A DNA stretch of 64,000 nucleotides, from NCBI GenBank assembly GCA_009712635.1, contig WASS01000029.1, positions 167,276-231,275 on the forward strand, read 5' to 3'. Source of the stretch: Hungatella sp. GTDB taxonomy: Bacteria > Bacillota > Clostridia > Lachnospirales > Lachnospiraceae. The notes under the pieces were generated by a model. It was not told the origin of the DNA. It ran no database searches and saw only the letters and a program-made list of their open reading frames with translations. Of this stretch, positions 37,617-48,607 are shown in pieces; position 1 is the stretch's first letter, and every line of letters begins with the position of its first letter. Position numbers and translations under genes: made by a program.

Positions 37617-38831
37617 ATGTTTGAAGAAAAGTTGGAACATATAAGGCAACTTTTTATATTTGGGATATGCGCAGTAATAATTGGAGCTGTAGTAGGGGCA
37701 CTTGATACAGGCTTTGGTAAAATGTTGATTTATTTAACGGGTGTCCGGGAACGCTATTTTTTTCCCCTTATATTATTTTTACCGGCAGCAGGGGTAATCA
37801 TAGCAAAAGCATATTCTTTGTTTGGGGGAAAATGTGTAAAAGGAATGGGGCTGATTTTTCAGGTAGGTCATGGAGAAGAGGATGTAATTCCGCTGCGGCT
37901 GATTCCTCTCACGGTAATCGGTACCTGGCTGACCCATCTTTTTGGCGGCAGCGCTGGACGTGAAGGTGTGGCGGTACAGATTGGTGCAACCGTTTCTCAC
38001 TGGGTTGGACGTAGACTTAATATGGTTTCCGATCCAAAGGTATTTCTTGTAACAGGTATGGCGGCTGGATTCTCCGGATTGTTCCAGACACCCGTTGCCG
38101 CGAGCTTCTTTGCACTTGAAGTTTTAATCGCGGGCTCTTTGCAGTATACGGCTCTATTTCCAGCAGTAATTGCAGCCTTTGTGGCTAATTGGGTTTCCGG
38201 CAGCCTGGGTCTGGAAAAATTTCATTATAATCTTCAGACACAGATACAGCTGGATCCTGTTTTCCTTATAAAAATAATCTTATCAGGGATTATTTTTGGC
38301 TTAGTGGGTGCAATGTTTGCCCATGGCTTAAAATTGGTGAAGGATAAATTAAATAACCGATTTAAGAGTCCGGTCAGTAAAATAGCCATAGTAGGAACAT
38401 TTCTGGTGATTTTACTCATTCTGTCAGGAATGGGACGGTATTCCGGGCTTGGTACAAACTTGATTTCAGCAAGCTTTCATGGAGATAAGATATACCAGTG
38501 GGACTGGATTTTAAAATTTATTTTAACAATTATTACATTGGCAGCCGGATTTCAGGGAGGAGAAGTTACTCCTCTGTTTTCCATTGGATCAAGTCTTGGA
38601 GCTGCCTTGGCGGTTATACTTGGCATGCCCGTTGAGTTTGCTGCAGCATTGGGATATACGGCAGTTTTCGGCAGTGCCACCAATACTCTTTTAGCTCCTG
38701 TTTTTATAGGAGCAGAGGTTTTTGGATATTCTTATATACCGTATTTTTTCCTGGTATGCTGCGTTGCTTATGTATTTAACGATAACAAGTCTATCTATTC
38801 GGCACAAAAAAATCTACAGGATATGCTTTAA
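37617..38831 (+). CDS. CLC-family fluoride/proton antiporter (CLC-F type)
   Basis: It is a ClC-fold membrane protein with GREGVAVQIG and GGEVTP motifs. It lies immediately downstream of the fluoride riboswitch. I trimmed the start to the ATG after AAGGAG. Confidence 0.75.
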   Translation: MFEEKLEHIRQLFIFGICAVIIGAVVGALDTGFGKMLIYLTGVRERYFFPLILFLPAAGVIIAKAYSLFGGKCVKGMGLIFQVGHGEEDVIPLRLIPLTVIGTWLTHLFGGSAGREGVAVQIGATVSHWVGRRLNMVSDPKVFLVTGMAAGFSGLFQTPVAASFFALEVLIAGSLQYTALFPAVIAAFVANWVSGSLGLEKFHYNLQTQIQLDPVFLIKIILSGIIFGLVGAMFAHGLKLVKDKLNNRFKSPVSKIAIVGTFLVILLILSGMGRYSGLGTNLISASFHGDKIYQWDWILKFILTIITLAAGFQGGEVTPLFSIGSSLGAALAVILGMPVEFAAALGYTAVFGSATNTLLAPVFIGAEVFGYSYIPYFFLVCCVAYVFNDNKSIYSAQKNLQDML

Positions 38832-38843
38832 TCTATATACAAA

Positions 38844-38890
38844 AAGCAGGCTGACTTCATTTCTTTTGAAGTCAGCCTGTTTCCTTTTTT
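38844..38890. terminator. intrinsic terminator (caggctgacttc-type hairpin)
   Basis: Stem aagcaggctgacttca..tgaagtcagcctgtttcctttttt. Nearly the same stem recurs at 47525. Confidence 0.7.
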
Positions 38891-38914
38891 GTTCTGTTGC
38901 AGGCACCATTTTAT

Positions 38915-38963
38915 CTTGACACTTTCTTGATACCTGGCATGATGAATTGACACATTCTTGACA
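38915..38963 (+). promoter_or_regulatory. tandem direct repeats (TTGACACwTTCTTGAyA x2), candidate KdpE box, plus kdp promoter
   Basis: cttgacactttcttgata lies at 38915-32 and attgacacattcttgaca at 38946-63, 31 nt apart. TTGACA-16-TATGAT follows downstream. Confidence 0.4.
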
Positions 38964-39014
38964 TCTTTTCTGATATTATTATGATTGCAAATAACAAAAA
39001 AGGAGTTGAGAGTA

Positions 39015-39104
39015 ATGGAAATCGTACTGGTAATATCAGGATGTATTGGTCTGGCTTTGCTGATTTACTTATTCTATATTTTATTTCGAGGTGAGAATTT
39101 ATGA
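39015..39104 (+). CDS. kdpF: potassium-transporting ATPase subunit KdpF (29 aa)
   Basis: It encodes [29 protein letters not shown], a single hydrophobic TM peptide. AGGAG lies 8 nt upstream. The stop overlaps the kdpA ATG (ATGA). It is absent from the ORF track. Confidence 0.6.
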   Translation: MEIVLVISGCIGLALLIYLFYILFRGENL

Positions 39105-40783
39105 AGATGATAATCCTTCAGGACATTTTATACGTTTCTCTTCTTATTGGGTTGTCCATTCCACTGGGCATTTATATATATAAAGTGATGACTGGTCAGA
39201 ATGTGTTTCTGACCCCAATACTTTCACCTGTGGAGTCTGGAATCTATAAGCTTATGGGAGTGAAATGTGACGAAGAAATGGGGGCAAAGAGATATGCTCT
39301 ATCTGTCCTTGTATTCAGCGGAATCGGTTTTATCTTTCTCTGGCTGATGCAGATGCTCCAGGGCATTCTGCCGTTTCATGAGGCAGGGATAAAAGGCACA
39401 AGCTGGCATCTGGCCTTTAATACGGCTGCAAGCTTTGTATCCAATACCAACTGGCAGGCGTATTCTGGTGAAACAGGTATGACTTATTTCACCCAGTTCA
39501 CAGGGCTCACCGTTCAGAATTTTGTCTCAGCGGCAACGGGAATCGCGGTGGTATTTGCCCTGATCAGAGGTTTGGTTGCGAAAGAGAAAAAGACAATCGG
39601 AAGTTTCTGGGTTGATCTGACCAGAACTACGCTCTATGTACTGCTTCCATTGCCCATGGTTCTTGCCATTGTGCTGGTTTCACAGGGCGTGGTCCAGACC
39701 TTTGGACCTTATAAAGAGGTTGCCATGGTGGAAAACGGGGCGGTCCAGACCATTCCCCTGGGACCGGCGGCAAGCCAGATTGCCATTAAACAGCTTGGAA
39801 CAAACGGCGGCGGATTTTTTGGAGCAAATTCGGCATTTCCCCTTGAGAATCCCACGGCATTATCGAACCTTCTGCAGGTACTGTCCATTCTTCTGATTCC
39901 CGCATCGCTGTGCGTGTCTTTTGGAAAAGCGGTAAAGGACAGCAGCCAGGGAAGAGTCATCTATCTTGTCATGATGTTTTTCTTTGCTGTTTCCCTGATT
40001 GCGGTAACAGCCAGTGAGCAGTTTACCGCTCCATACTTTGTGGGAGCAGCAGCTTCTGCCAACATGGAAGGGAAAGAGGTGATTCATGGAGCAGGTGCCT
40101 CATCCTTATGGGCGGTGGCGACGACTGCCGCTTCAAACGGTTCAGTTAACTCCATGCACGACAGCTTTACGCCCCTTGGCGGCATGGTTTTAATGTTTCT
40201 GATGCAGCTGGGAGAAATTGTTTTTGGCGGTGTGGGCAGCGGTCTTTATGGAATGCTGGCATTTGTCCTTCTCACCGTATTTATTGCAGGGCTGATGGTG
40301 GGCAGGACTCCGGAATATTTAGGGAAAAAGGTGGAGCCTTATGATATGAAAATAGTTTGTCTGCTTGTGCTCGTTCCGCCCCTGGTAACACTGATTGGTA
40401 CCGCAGCAGCAGTTTCCATGCCTGCCGCTTCGTCGTGGCTGACCAATTCAGGTGCTCATGGTTTTTCTGAGATTTTATATGCCTTCACTTCAATGGGAAA
40501 TAACAATGGCAGCGCTTTTTCCGGTTTTAACGCGGATACCGTTTTCACCAATTTAACAGGTGGTATCATAATGCTGCTTGCCCGTTTTCTACCCATGACT
40601 GCTGCAATTTATCTTGCCGGTAATATGGCTGGTAAGAAAACAGTTGCTGGCGGTGAGGGAACGTTATCAACCAGTAACGCCATGTTTGCAGGGCTTTTAA
40701 TCGGAGTAATCTTTATCATCGGAGCGCTGAGCTTTTTACCGGCTTTAGCTCTGGGACCGATTGCCGATTATTTTACGATGTAA
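39101..40783 (+). CDS. kdpA: potassium-transporting ATPase subunit KdpA
   Basis: It shows classic KdpA features across its 560 aa. Confidence 0.95.
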   Translation: MKMIILQDILYVSLLIGLSIPLGIYIYKVMTGQNVFLTPILSPVESGIYKLMGVKCDEEMGAKRYALSVLVFSGIGFIFLWLMQMLQGILPFHEAGIKGTSWHLAFNTAASFVSNTNWQAYSGETGMTYFTQFTGLTVQNFVSAATGIAVVFALIRGLVAKEKKTIGSFWVDLTRTTLYVLLPLPMVLAIVLVSQGVVQTFGPYKEVAMVENGAVQTIPLGPAASQIAIKQLGTNGGGFFGANSAFPLENPTALSNLLQVLSILLIPASLCVSFGKAVKDSSQGRVIYLVMMFFFAVSLIAVTASEQFTAPYFVGAAASANMEGKEVIHGAGASSLWAVATTAASNGSVNSMHDSFTPLGGMVLMFLMQLGEIVFGGVGSGLYGMLAFVLLTVFIAGLMVGRTPEYLGKKVEPYDMKIVCLLVLVPPLVTLIGTAAAVSMPAASSWLTNSGAHGFSEILYAFTSMGNNNGSAFSGFNADTVFTNLTGGIIMLLARFLPMTAAIYLAGNMAGKKTVAGGEGTLSTSNAMFAGLLIGVIFIIGALSFLPALALGPIADYFTM

Positions 40784-40801
40784 CAGAGTGAGGTGATCAA
40801 A

Positions 40802-42859
40802 ATGGAAAAGAAACGTGTAAATAAAAATATTTTTGCGGATGCGCTGAAACAGTCCTTTGTGAAGCTGGCTCCCGGCGTACAAGTGAAAAATCCCGTTATG
40901 CTGGTAGTCTATATGGGCGCGATTCTCACATCAGTTCTTTATATCCTGTCATTTATGGGAGTCAAAGATGAGAACGGAGGCTATATCCTGGCCATATCGC
41001 TGATTTTGTGGTTTACCGTTTTATTCGCTAATTTTGCAGAAGCCATCGCAGAAGGGCGGGGGAGGGCTCAGGCCGATACTCTTCGTAAGGCGCGTAAGGA
41101 TGTGAGGGCGAGAAAGCTTAAATCCCCAGGGAATACAGATGAATTTACAGAAGTACTGTCTGCCGATCTGAAAAAAGGGGATATCGTTTATGTAAAAGCG
41201 GGAGAGCAGATTCCCATGGATGGGGAAGTAATCGACGGTGCTGCATCTGTGGATGAAAGTGCAATTACCGGTGAATCGGCTCCTGTTATCCGTGAATCAG
41301 GCGGTGACAGAAGCGCGGTGACAGGAGGAACCACACTGGTATCTGACTGGCTTGTAATAGAGGTGACGGCGGAAGCTGGAGAGAGCTTTCTTGATAAGAT
41401 GATTGCCATGGTGGAAGGTGCTTCCAGAAAAAAGACACCCAATGAGATCGCACTGCAGATCTTGCTGGTGACTTTAACCATTATATTTCTGGTGGTTACA
41501 GCGGCTCTTTTGCCCTTTTCAGGATTTGCAAGCCTTCAGGCCGGCAGGGGTTCGGCTATTTCCATCACAAATGTGATCGCCCTTCTGGTCTGCCTTGCCC
41601 CCACTACCATTGGTGCGCTGCTGTCCTCCATCGGCATAGCCGGTATGAGCCGGTTAAATCAGGCGAATGTACTGGCAATGAGCGGCCGGGCGATTGAAGC
41701 CGCAGGCGATGTGGATGTACTTTTGCTGGATAAGACCGGAACAATCACTTTGGGAAACCGTCAGGCAAGTGAATTTATTCCGGTAAATGGTGTGACCGAG
41801 CAGGAACTGGCAGACGCAGCCCAGCTTTCTTCTCTTGCCGATGAAACGGCAGAGGGGCGAAGCATTGTGGTTCTGGCTAAGGAGAGGTTTGGAATACGTG
41901 GGAGAGAACTTTCCCGGCTGAATGCAGAATTTGTGGAATTTACAGCGAAAACCAGGATGAGCGGCATTGACTATCAGGGAATACAGATCCGGAAAGGCGC
42001 GGCAGAATCAGTAAAGGCATTTGTGACAGAACAGGGCGGCATCTATCCGGAGGAATGCCAGCAGATTGTAAAACGTGTTGCAGGTGCAGGAGGAACACCC
42101 CTTGTTGTTGCAAAAAACAGCCAGGTCATGGGTGTGATCTATCTGAAGGATATTGTAAAAAATGGCGTGAAGGAACGTTTTGAAGATTTACGTAAAATGG
42201 GCATCAGAACAATCATGATTACCGGCGATAATCCCATGACTGCTGCGGCAATCGCCGCTGAAGCAGGAGTGGATGATTTTCTTGCAGAGGCAACACCGGA
42301 AACCAAGCTGGCACTCATCCGTGACTATCAGTTAAAAGGACATCTGGTTGCCATGACCGGTGACGGAACCAACGATGCTCCGGCTCTGGCACAGGCAGAC
42401 GTGGCTGTGGCAATGAATTCCGGTACACAGGCAGCAAAGGAAGCAGGCAATATGGTGGATCTGGACTCCAGTCCTACGAAGCTGATTGATATTGTACGGA
42501 TAGGAAAACAGCTTCTGATGACAAGGGGCTCACTGACCACGTTTAGTGTGGCAAACGATGTAGCGAAATATTTTGCCATAATCCCTGTTTTATTCTTTGG
42601 GATATATCCCCAGCTGGCTGCCTTAAACTTTATGGGCCTGACCAGTTCAAAGACTGCCATTCTTTCGGCAATTATTTATAACGCGCTGATTATTATAGCG
42701 CTCATCCCACTGGCACTGAAAGGTGTAAAATACCGTGAACTGCCTGCAGGGAAGCTGCTGAAAAGAAATATGCTGATTTATGGTCTGGGCGGAATTACAG
42801 CACCGTTTATTGCAATAAAACTGATTGATATGCTGCTGACTGCCGGGAAAATTGTGTGA
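40802..42859 (+). CDS. kdpB: potassium-transporting ATPase subunit KdpB (P-type)
   Basis: The P-type ATPase motifs DKTGTIT and [11 protein letters not shown] are present. I trimmed the start to the ATG at 40802. Confidence 0.95.
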   Translation: MEKKRVNKNIFADALKQSFVKLAPGVQVKNPVMLVVYMGAILTSVLYILSFMGVKDENGGYILAISLILWFTVLFANFAEAIAEGRGRAQADTLRKARKDVRARKLKSPGNTDEFTEVLSADLKKGDIVYVKAGEQIPMDGEVIDGAASVDESAITGESAPVIRESGGDRSAVTGGTTLVSDWLVIEVTAEAGESFLDKMIAMVEGASRKKTPNEIALQILLVTLTIIFLVVTAALLPFSGFASLQAGRGSAISITNVIALLVCLAPTTIGALLSSIGIAGMSRLNQANVLAMSGRAIEAAGDVDVLLLDKTGTITLGNRQASEFIPVNGVTEQELADAAQLSSLADETAEGRSIVVLAKERFGIRGRELSRLNAEFVEFTAKTRMSGIDYQGIQIRKGAAESVKAFVTEQGGIYPEECQQIVKRVAGAGGTPLVVAKNSQVMGVIYLKDIVKNGVKERFEDLRKMGIRTIMITGDNPMTAAAIAAEAGVDDFLAEATPETKLALIRDYQLKGHLVAMTGDGTNDAPALAQADVAVAMNSGTQAAKEAGNMVDLDSSPTKLIDIVRIGKQLLMTRGSLTTFSVANDVAKYFAIIPVLFFGIYPQLAALNFMGLTSSKTAILSAIIYNALIIIALIPLALKGVKYRELPAGKLLKRNMLIYGLGGITAPFIAIKLIDMLLTAGKIV

Positions 42860-42868
42860 GGTGAAACG

Positions 42869-43429
42869 ATGATGGGAAAAACAAATATATTGAGACCCGC
42901 TTTTATCTGTTTCTGCGTAATGACAGTATTGTGCGGAATACTTTATACAGCAGCCATTACAGGGATTGCGCAGATTTTATTTCCGAAACAGGCAAATGGA
43001 AGTATGATTACAGTTACATTAAAGGATGGTTCAAAAAAAGAGTACGGATCTGAACTCATAGCCCAGGAATTTACAAAGCCGGAATATTTAATAGGAAGAC
43101 CTATGGGTACGTCCAACTTATCTCCTATAGGGAAGGAGCAAAAAGATCTGGTGCAGGAGCGGATTGAATGGTGGCATTCCATTGATCCGGAAAATACAGC
43201 AAAAATACCAATGGATCTGATAACAGCTTCGGGAAGCGGAGCAGATCCCCATATTTCACCAGAAGCAGCACAGTATCAGACCGCACGGATTGCCAGGGAA
43301 CGAAATATAAGTGAGGATGCTGTAAAAGCATTGATTGAAAAATATACTACAGAGCCATTTCTTGGTATCTGGGGTGAGCGGGCTGTTAATGTCCTGAAAG
43401 TAAATTTAGCCCTTGATGGATTGCTGTAA
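42869..43429 (+). CDS. kdpC: potassium-transporting ATPase subunit KdpC
   Basis: It has the KdpC fold and a single N-terminal TM. Confidence 0.9.
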   Translation: MMGKTNILRPAFICFCVMTVLCGILYTAAITGIAQILFPKQANGSMITVTLKDGSKKEYGSELIAQEFTKPEYLIGRPMGTSNLSPIGKEQKDLVQERIEWWHSIDPENTAKIPMDLITASGSGADPHISPEAAQYQTARIARERNISEDAVKALIEKYTTEPFLGIWGERAVNVLKVNLALDGLL

Positions 43430-43496
43430 TTCAAAGTGATTCAGCTTGTTTATTATAGAGAACAATGGTGATATAATAGGGGAGAGGTGAGAAATA

Positions 43497-46202
43497 ATGG
43501 AAATAGAGGAAGCGCGTCCGGATCCCGATGCCATTTTAGATGAAATCAGGGCTCATCAGGAAACGGATGGTGGGAAGCTGAAAATTTTTTTCGGCTATGC
43601 AGCGGGAGTAGGCAAAACCTATGCCATGCTTGACGATGCACAGGAACAGTACCGGTGCGGGAAGAACGTACTGGTTGGTTATATTGAACCACATACACGC
43701 CCGGATACCATGCAGTTTTTGCAGGGGCTGCCTGCAATGCCGCCCAGAAAGATATTATACCGCAATATAGAGCTTCAGGAATTTGATCTGGACGAAGCGT
43801 TAAGACGCAGACCGGAGCTGATTCTGGTTGATGAACTTGCCCATACAAATGCGGAAGGTGTCAGAAACAGGAAACGATTTCAGGATATAGAGGAGCTTTT
43901 AAATGCAGGAATTGACGTTTATACCACGGTCAATGTTCAGCACATGGAAAGTCTGAATGATGTGATTGAGGATATAACAAAGGTAAGGGTAAAAGAAACG
44001 GTTCCTGACTATATCTTTGAGCGTGCCGATATGATAAAGCTTGTTGATATCGAACCACAGGAGCTGCTCCGGCGCTTTGAGGAAGGTAAAATCTACAGAA
44101 TTAATCAGGCACAGACTGCCATGCTCAATTTCTTCTCCCTCGCCAACTTAAAGCTGCTGCGTGAAATTGCGATGCGAAAAGCAGCTGACAGAATCAGCAA
44201 TGAAAATCAGAATGAACGGCGGTTATCTCAAAAACTGGCCAATACCAAGATGTTAGTCTGTATCGGACCGTCTCCCTCCTCCGCCAGATGTATCAGGTGG
44301 ACGGCGCGGGCGGCGGATGCGTTTCATGCACATTGGGTGGCTCTCTATGTTGAGCGTATTGACAACAATGATCTGACGAAAGAGCAGCAAAAGACAATCC
44401 GTACAAACCTGGATCTGGCTGAAAAACTGGGCGCGGAAATTGTTACTCTTTCTGGTCATGATATTGCGGAAACGGTCTCCGAGTACGCAAAGCTGTCGGG
44501 AATCACCAACATAGTCGTAGGAAAAAGCCGGAATAAAAAATCCATCAGAAATCTGTTTGAATTGGACTTTGAGGATAAGCTGATTTCACTTCTGCCTAAT
44601 ATTGAGATATACATTATACCTGGCAGCACAATCCGCCGGAATTATAAAAAGCCCCGCAAAACAATCCCCATTAAAAAATTCAACTTTACCTGGCTGGATT
44701 TTACTAAGACTATGGGCCTTTTAACGGCTGCCACTGTTCTGAGTCTGGGACTTCGGAGGCTGGATATCGGTGATCAGAATATTATAATGGCTTATATTCT
44801 CTCAGTCCTGATCATTTCAAGAATTACCTCAGGGCATGTATATGGAGTGATTGCGTCGGTTATAAGCGTATTGGCCTTTAATTTCTTTTTCACGGAACCC
44901 TACTACACGTTTAACACCATACAGGCTGGATATTCCGTTACATTTCTCATCATGCTGCTGGCAGCTCTGATAACAAGTACTCTGACGGTGAGAATTAAGA
45001 CCCAGGCAAGTCTGGCAGTACAAAGGGAACGCCGTACGGAGGTTCTCTATGAAATTAACAAAAAGCTTCTTATAACAAGAGGACTTGAACAGATCGTTTC
45101 CCTGACAAATGAATACATTGTTAATTTGTTTGGCCGTTCCGTTGTATTTTTTGCTGCTGATCCGGAACCTGGAGACGATGGAAGTGTGATACAGGGACCG
45201 GATGACGTAGATGGCTCTGTACTTAACTCAGCAGATGAGAAGGCTGTGGCTCACTGGGTTTTTCTCAATCAGAAACGGGCGGGAGCTGGAACGGATACAC
45301 TTATGGGAGCCTCTGCATTTTACATGCCGGTTATTTCTCAGGGAAAGGTGCTTGCCGTTTTAGGTATTTCCTGTTTAAAAGGCACATTGGATCACAATAC
45401 CCGGCTGTTTCTGCGGATGATAGCCTCTCAGGTGGCCATGTCCCTGGAACGCCAGCGCCTGTCAGATGAACAGAGAAGTATCATTGTCGAGGCGGAAAAA
45501 GAAAAAATGCGGAGCAATCTTCTGCGGGCAATCGCACATGATCTTCGAACACCTCTTGCCGGGATTCTTGGTGCCAGCTCTGCCATTCGTGAAAATAAGA
45601 ATACGCTTGATGAGAAAACCTGTGAGAAGCTGAATGGGGATATTCAGGAGGAGGCACAGTGGCTCCTGCGTATGGTGGAAAATCTTCTGTCCGTAACCCG
45701 TATTAATGAGAGTGCATCCAAAGTAACAAAAAGTCCGGAAGCCGCTGAGGAAGTGATTGCTGAAGCAGTTGGACGGATTAAAAAGAGATTCCCCCAGCGT
45801 AAAATAATTGTCCGTGTGCCCGATGAGCTGCTGGAAGTTCCTATGGATGGAACCCTGATTGCCCAGGTGCTCATTAATTTACTGGAAAATGCCATTAAAC
45901 ATTCAACGGATGACTCTTTTGTAGAAGTCATTTTAAAAAAGACAGGAGAGAATGCCCTGTTTCAGGTGATTGACCATGGGAAAGGAATCGCAGACGAGGA
46001 TTATCCTTATCTTTTTACAAGTTATGTACCAAACGGAAACAAAAGCTCTGATTCTTCCAGGGGTATGGGGATCGGTCTTTCTATCTGCATGACAATTATA
46101 AAAGCACATAACGGTACGATGGAAGCGTATAACCGGTTAGAAGGTGGGGCAGTCTTCCAATTCTCTTTACCGCTGGAAGGAAGTGAATCGTATGGATATT
46201 AA
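43497..46202 (+). CDS. kdpD: sensor histidine kinase KdpD (KdpD N-domain + Usp + TM + GAF + HisKA/HATPase)
   Basis: The domains in order are an N-terminal P-loop-like KdpD domain (GYAAGVGKTYAML), a Usp-like region, 4 TM segments, an H-box (AIAHDLRTPL) and a GxGxG ATPase motif. It is 901 aa. Confidence 0.9.
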   Translation: MEIEEARPDPDAILDEIRAHQETDGGKLKIFFGYAAGVGKTYAMLDDAQEQYRCGKNVLVGYIEPHTRPDTMQFLQGLPAMPPRKILYRNIELQEFDLDEALRRRPELILVDELAHTNAEGVRNRKRFQDIEELLNAGIDVYTTVNVQHMESLNDVIEDITKVRVKETVPDYIFERADMIKLVDIEPQELLRRFEEGKIYRINQAQTAMLNFFSLANLKLLREIAMRKAADRISNENQNERRLSQKLANTKMLVCIGPSPSSARCIRWTARAADAFHAHWVALYVERIDNNDLTKEQQKTIRTNLDLAEKLGAEIVTLSGHDIAETVSEYAKLSGITNIVVGKSRNKKSIRNLFELDFEDKLISLLPNIEIYIIPGSTIRRNYKKPRKTIPIKKFNFTWLDFTKTMGLLTAATVLSLGLRRLDIGDQNIIMAYILSVLIISRITSGHVYGVIASVISVLAFNFFFTEPYYTFNTIQAGYSVTFLIMLLAALITSTLTVRIKTQASLAVQRERRTEVLYEINKKLLITRGLEQIVSLTNEYIVNLFGRSVVFFAADPEPGDDGSVIQGPDDVDGSVLNSADEKAVAHWVFLNQKRAGAGTDTLMGASAFYMPVISQGKVLAVLGISCLKGTLDHNTRLFLRMIASQVAMSLERQRLSDEQRSIIVEAEKEKMRSNLLRAIAHDLRTPLAGILGASSAIRENKNTLDEKTCEKLNGDIQEEAQWLLRMVENLLSVTRINESASKVTKSPEAAEEVIAEAVGRIKKRFPQRKIIVRVPDELLEVPMDGTLIAQVLINLLENAIKHSTDDSFVEVILKKTGENALFQVIDHGKGIADEDYPYLFTSYVPNGNKSSDSSRGMGIGLSICMTIIKAHNGTMEAYNRLEGGAVFQFSLPLEGSESYGY

Positions 46203-46896
46203 ACCAATGGTTCTGGTTATAGAGGATGAAAATGCCATCTGCAACTTTATCACAGCAATCTTAAATTCCAACGGGTATCGGGTGGCAAAATCAAACACCG
46301 GTAAGACAGGGCTTTCTATGGCAGTTTCTTATAATCCTGATGTGATTCTCCTTGATTTAGGGCTTCCGGATATGGACGGTGTGGAAGTATTAAAGTGCAT
46401 AAGGGAGTGGTCCAGAATACCGGTGGTCGTAGTTTCCGCCCGGGGGCATGAAAGGGAGAAAGTAGAAGTACTTGATTTAGGTGCAGACGATTATATCGTA
46501 AAACCATTTGGGACATCGGAACTGCTTGCCCGTATACGGACAGCGCTTCGGCACAGCCCCCAAAGCATGGGAGGGGAATCAAATGGAACTGAGAAGATAA
46601 CCATTGGTGATCTTGAAATTGATTTCGGAAAACGGCTGGTACTTCTTGACGGAAATATGGTTCATCTGACGCCGGTAGAGTATAAAATCCTTGCTTTGCT
46701 GTCAAAAAACCCAGGAAAAGTGCTTACCCATGATTATATTATCAAGGAGATATGGGGAGCTTATGCGGATGACAGCCATACTCTGCGTGTTAATATGGCG
46801 AATATCCGGAGAAAAATTGAATCAAACCCGGGATTCCCTAAATATATTTTAACGGAAATGGGAGTAGGATACCGAATGGCAGAGGAAGTAAATTAA
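46192..46896 (+). CDS. kdpE: response regulator KdpE (OmpR family)
   Basis: The start ATG (MDIKPMVLVIEDE) overlaps the kdpD end. A receiver domain is followed by a winged-helix domain. Confidence 0.85.
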   Translation: MDIKPMVLVIEDENAICNFITAILNSNGYRVAKSNTGKTGLSMAVSYNPDVILLDLGLPDMDGVEVLKCIREWSRIPVVVVSARGHEREKVEVLDLGADDYIVKPFGTSELLARIRTALRHSPQSMGGESNGTEKITIGDLEIDFGKRLVLLDGNMVHLTPVEYKILALLSKNPGKVLTHDYIIKEIWGAYADDSHTLRVNMANIRRKIESNPGFPKYILTEMGVGYRMAEEVN

Positions 46897-46919
46897 AACA
46901 GGACAGGAGTGTGGTAAAT

Positions 46920-47507
46920 ATGAAACGACTGATTTTGGTAACATCCCCGCCGGCAAGCGGAAAAACATATATATCCAAACAGCTTGCCAGGAATTTAAAG
47001 CACGTTGTTTATCTTGATAAGGATACTCTGATCGTTTTATCCAAGCAGATATTCGTGGCAGCCGGTCAGGAATACAACAGAAGTTCTGATTTTTTTGAGG
47101 CCAATATCCGGGACTATGAGTATATGGCAATCGTTGATCTTGCCATGGAAGCTTTGGACTATGATGACATTGTTCTGATTAATGCTCCATTTACAAGAGA
47201 AATACGAGATATCGGGTATATGAATGCCCTGCGGGAAAGACTGGCAGAAAAAGATGCAAAGCTTACCGTAATATGGGTTCAGACGGATGTGGAAGTATGC
47301 AGGCAGAGAATGATTGAGCGAAACAGTGACCGGGATCAGTGGAAGCTGGATCATTGGGAAGAATATATTGCAGGTGTTAATTTTGACATACCAGAAGAAT
47401 TAGATGACCCAGACTGTAACGATGATCTGTTAATCTTTAAAAATTCCTCGGATACTGAATTTCAGGCATCCATGAAAGAAATATTAGAAATTATTGAAAG
47501 TGAATAG
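46920..47507 (+). CDS. P-loop NTPase, AAA_33/zeta-toxin-like small kinase
   Basis: A Walker A motif (SPPASGKTY) is present. I trimmed the start to the ATG at 46920, 10 nt after AGGAG. Confidence 0.5.
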   Translation: MKRLILVTSPPASGKTYISKQLARNLKHVVYLDKDTLIVLSKQIFVAAGQEYNRSSDFFEANIRDYEYMAIVDLAMEALDYDDIVLINAPFTREIRDIGYMNALRERLAEKDAKLTVIWVQTDVEVCRQRMIERNSDRDQWKLDHWEEYIAGVNFDIPEELDDPDCNDDLLIFKNSSDTEFQASMKEILEIIESE

Positions 47508-47524
47508 TTTTTACTTTTATATGT

Positions 47525-47567
47525 AAACAGGCTGACTCCAGAATAAGGAAGTCAGCCTGTTTTTTTA
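47525..47567. terminator. intrinsic terminator (caggctgactcc-type hairpin), sibling of 38844
   Basis: Stem aaacaggctgactcc..ggaagtcagcctgttttttt. Confidence 0.7.
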
Positions 47568-47704
47568 TAACAAGTGAAAACAAAATATTAAAAACTGTAT
47601 TGACTAATATATCATGATGTTATATCATTAAAATACATTAAATAGATCCGGTAACTGCCATCATAGCAATAGCAGACCGGTTATTAAAAAAGGAGTATAC
47701 TATA

Positions 47705-48412
47705 ATGAGACAACGGGTTCGCAAAGGTATATTGGTTTTTTCTGCTTTAATGTTTCCAATGACATTTTTTCTTTTATCCCCTTTTGTAATTGTTTTATCT
47801 GCCACACAAGGTGTTTTGAATGGAAGTGCAATGATTTTTGGTTTTCTCCTGATATTTTCGGTCATTGGAAGCCGGCTTTTCTGCGGCTGGCTTTGCCCCG
47901 GAGGAGCTGTCCAGGATTATATTTCCGGTGCTAACAGCCGCCACTGGAACAGTAGGTGGAAGAATGTGACCAAGTATATGATCTGGCTGGTGTGGTTTTC
48001 ATTTATCGTTTTTCTTTGGATACATAATCGTCCCCTAAAAGCAGATTTCCTGTATTTTATAGACATTAATACACTATACCTTATCATTTATGGAATTGTA
48101 ATGTCCATTATATATTTGTTTACTTTAATGACTGGTAAACGTGGAATGTGCCACAGCCTTTGCTGGATGGCTCCGTTTATGATAATTGGCGAAACAATTG
48201 CGGACGCTCTTCATATACCAAGATTCCGGTTGAAAGCGAGACCCGATAACTGCGTCTCCTGTGGTAAATGCAGCAGAATCTGTCCAATGGGGCTGAATAT
48301 AGCTGAGATGGTTAAATCAGGACGTGCAGATAGTAAGGAATGTATTAACTGCCTGGAATGTGTGGATGGTTGTCCAAAGAAAGCAATAGAATTTGGAATA
48401 TGCAAGAAATAA
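47705..48412 (+). CDS. membrane-bound 4Fe-4S polyferredoxin (NapH/MauN-like)
   Basis: About 6 TM segments are followed by a C-terminal CVSCGKCSRICP...CINCLECVDGCP region. Confidence 0.6.
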   Translation: MRQRVRKGILVFSALMFPMTFFLLSPFVIVLSATQGVLNGSAMIFGFLLIFSVIGSRLFCGWLCPGGAVQDYISGANSRHWNSRWKNVTKYMIWLVWFSFIVFLWIHNRPLKADFLYFIDINTLYLIIYGIVMSIIYLFTLMTGKRGMCHSLCWMAPFMIIGETIADALHIPRFRLKARPDNCVSCGKCSRICPMGLNIAEMVKSGRADSKECINCLECVDGCPKKAIEFGICKK

Positions 48413-48607
48413 TCTTATGAAAATCTTAGGTAATTCTAATGCAAATAATTATAAATAAAGCAGTTGTCTTTGATACGGTATTTCTTTTTCTGACCGTGCA
48501 GACTTATTGCAGTCATCAGGTTGATTAGAGATTTCTTTTCCCGGCTTTGAACAGTATAAAAGCTTAAATAAGCTTTATACTAATAAAAAAGTCAAATTGG
48601 AGTTAAT

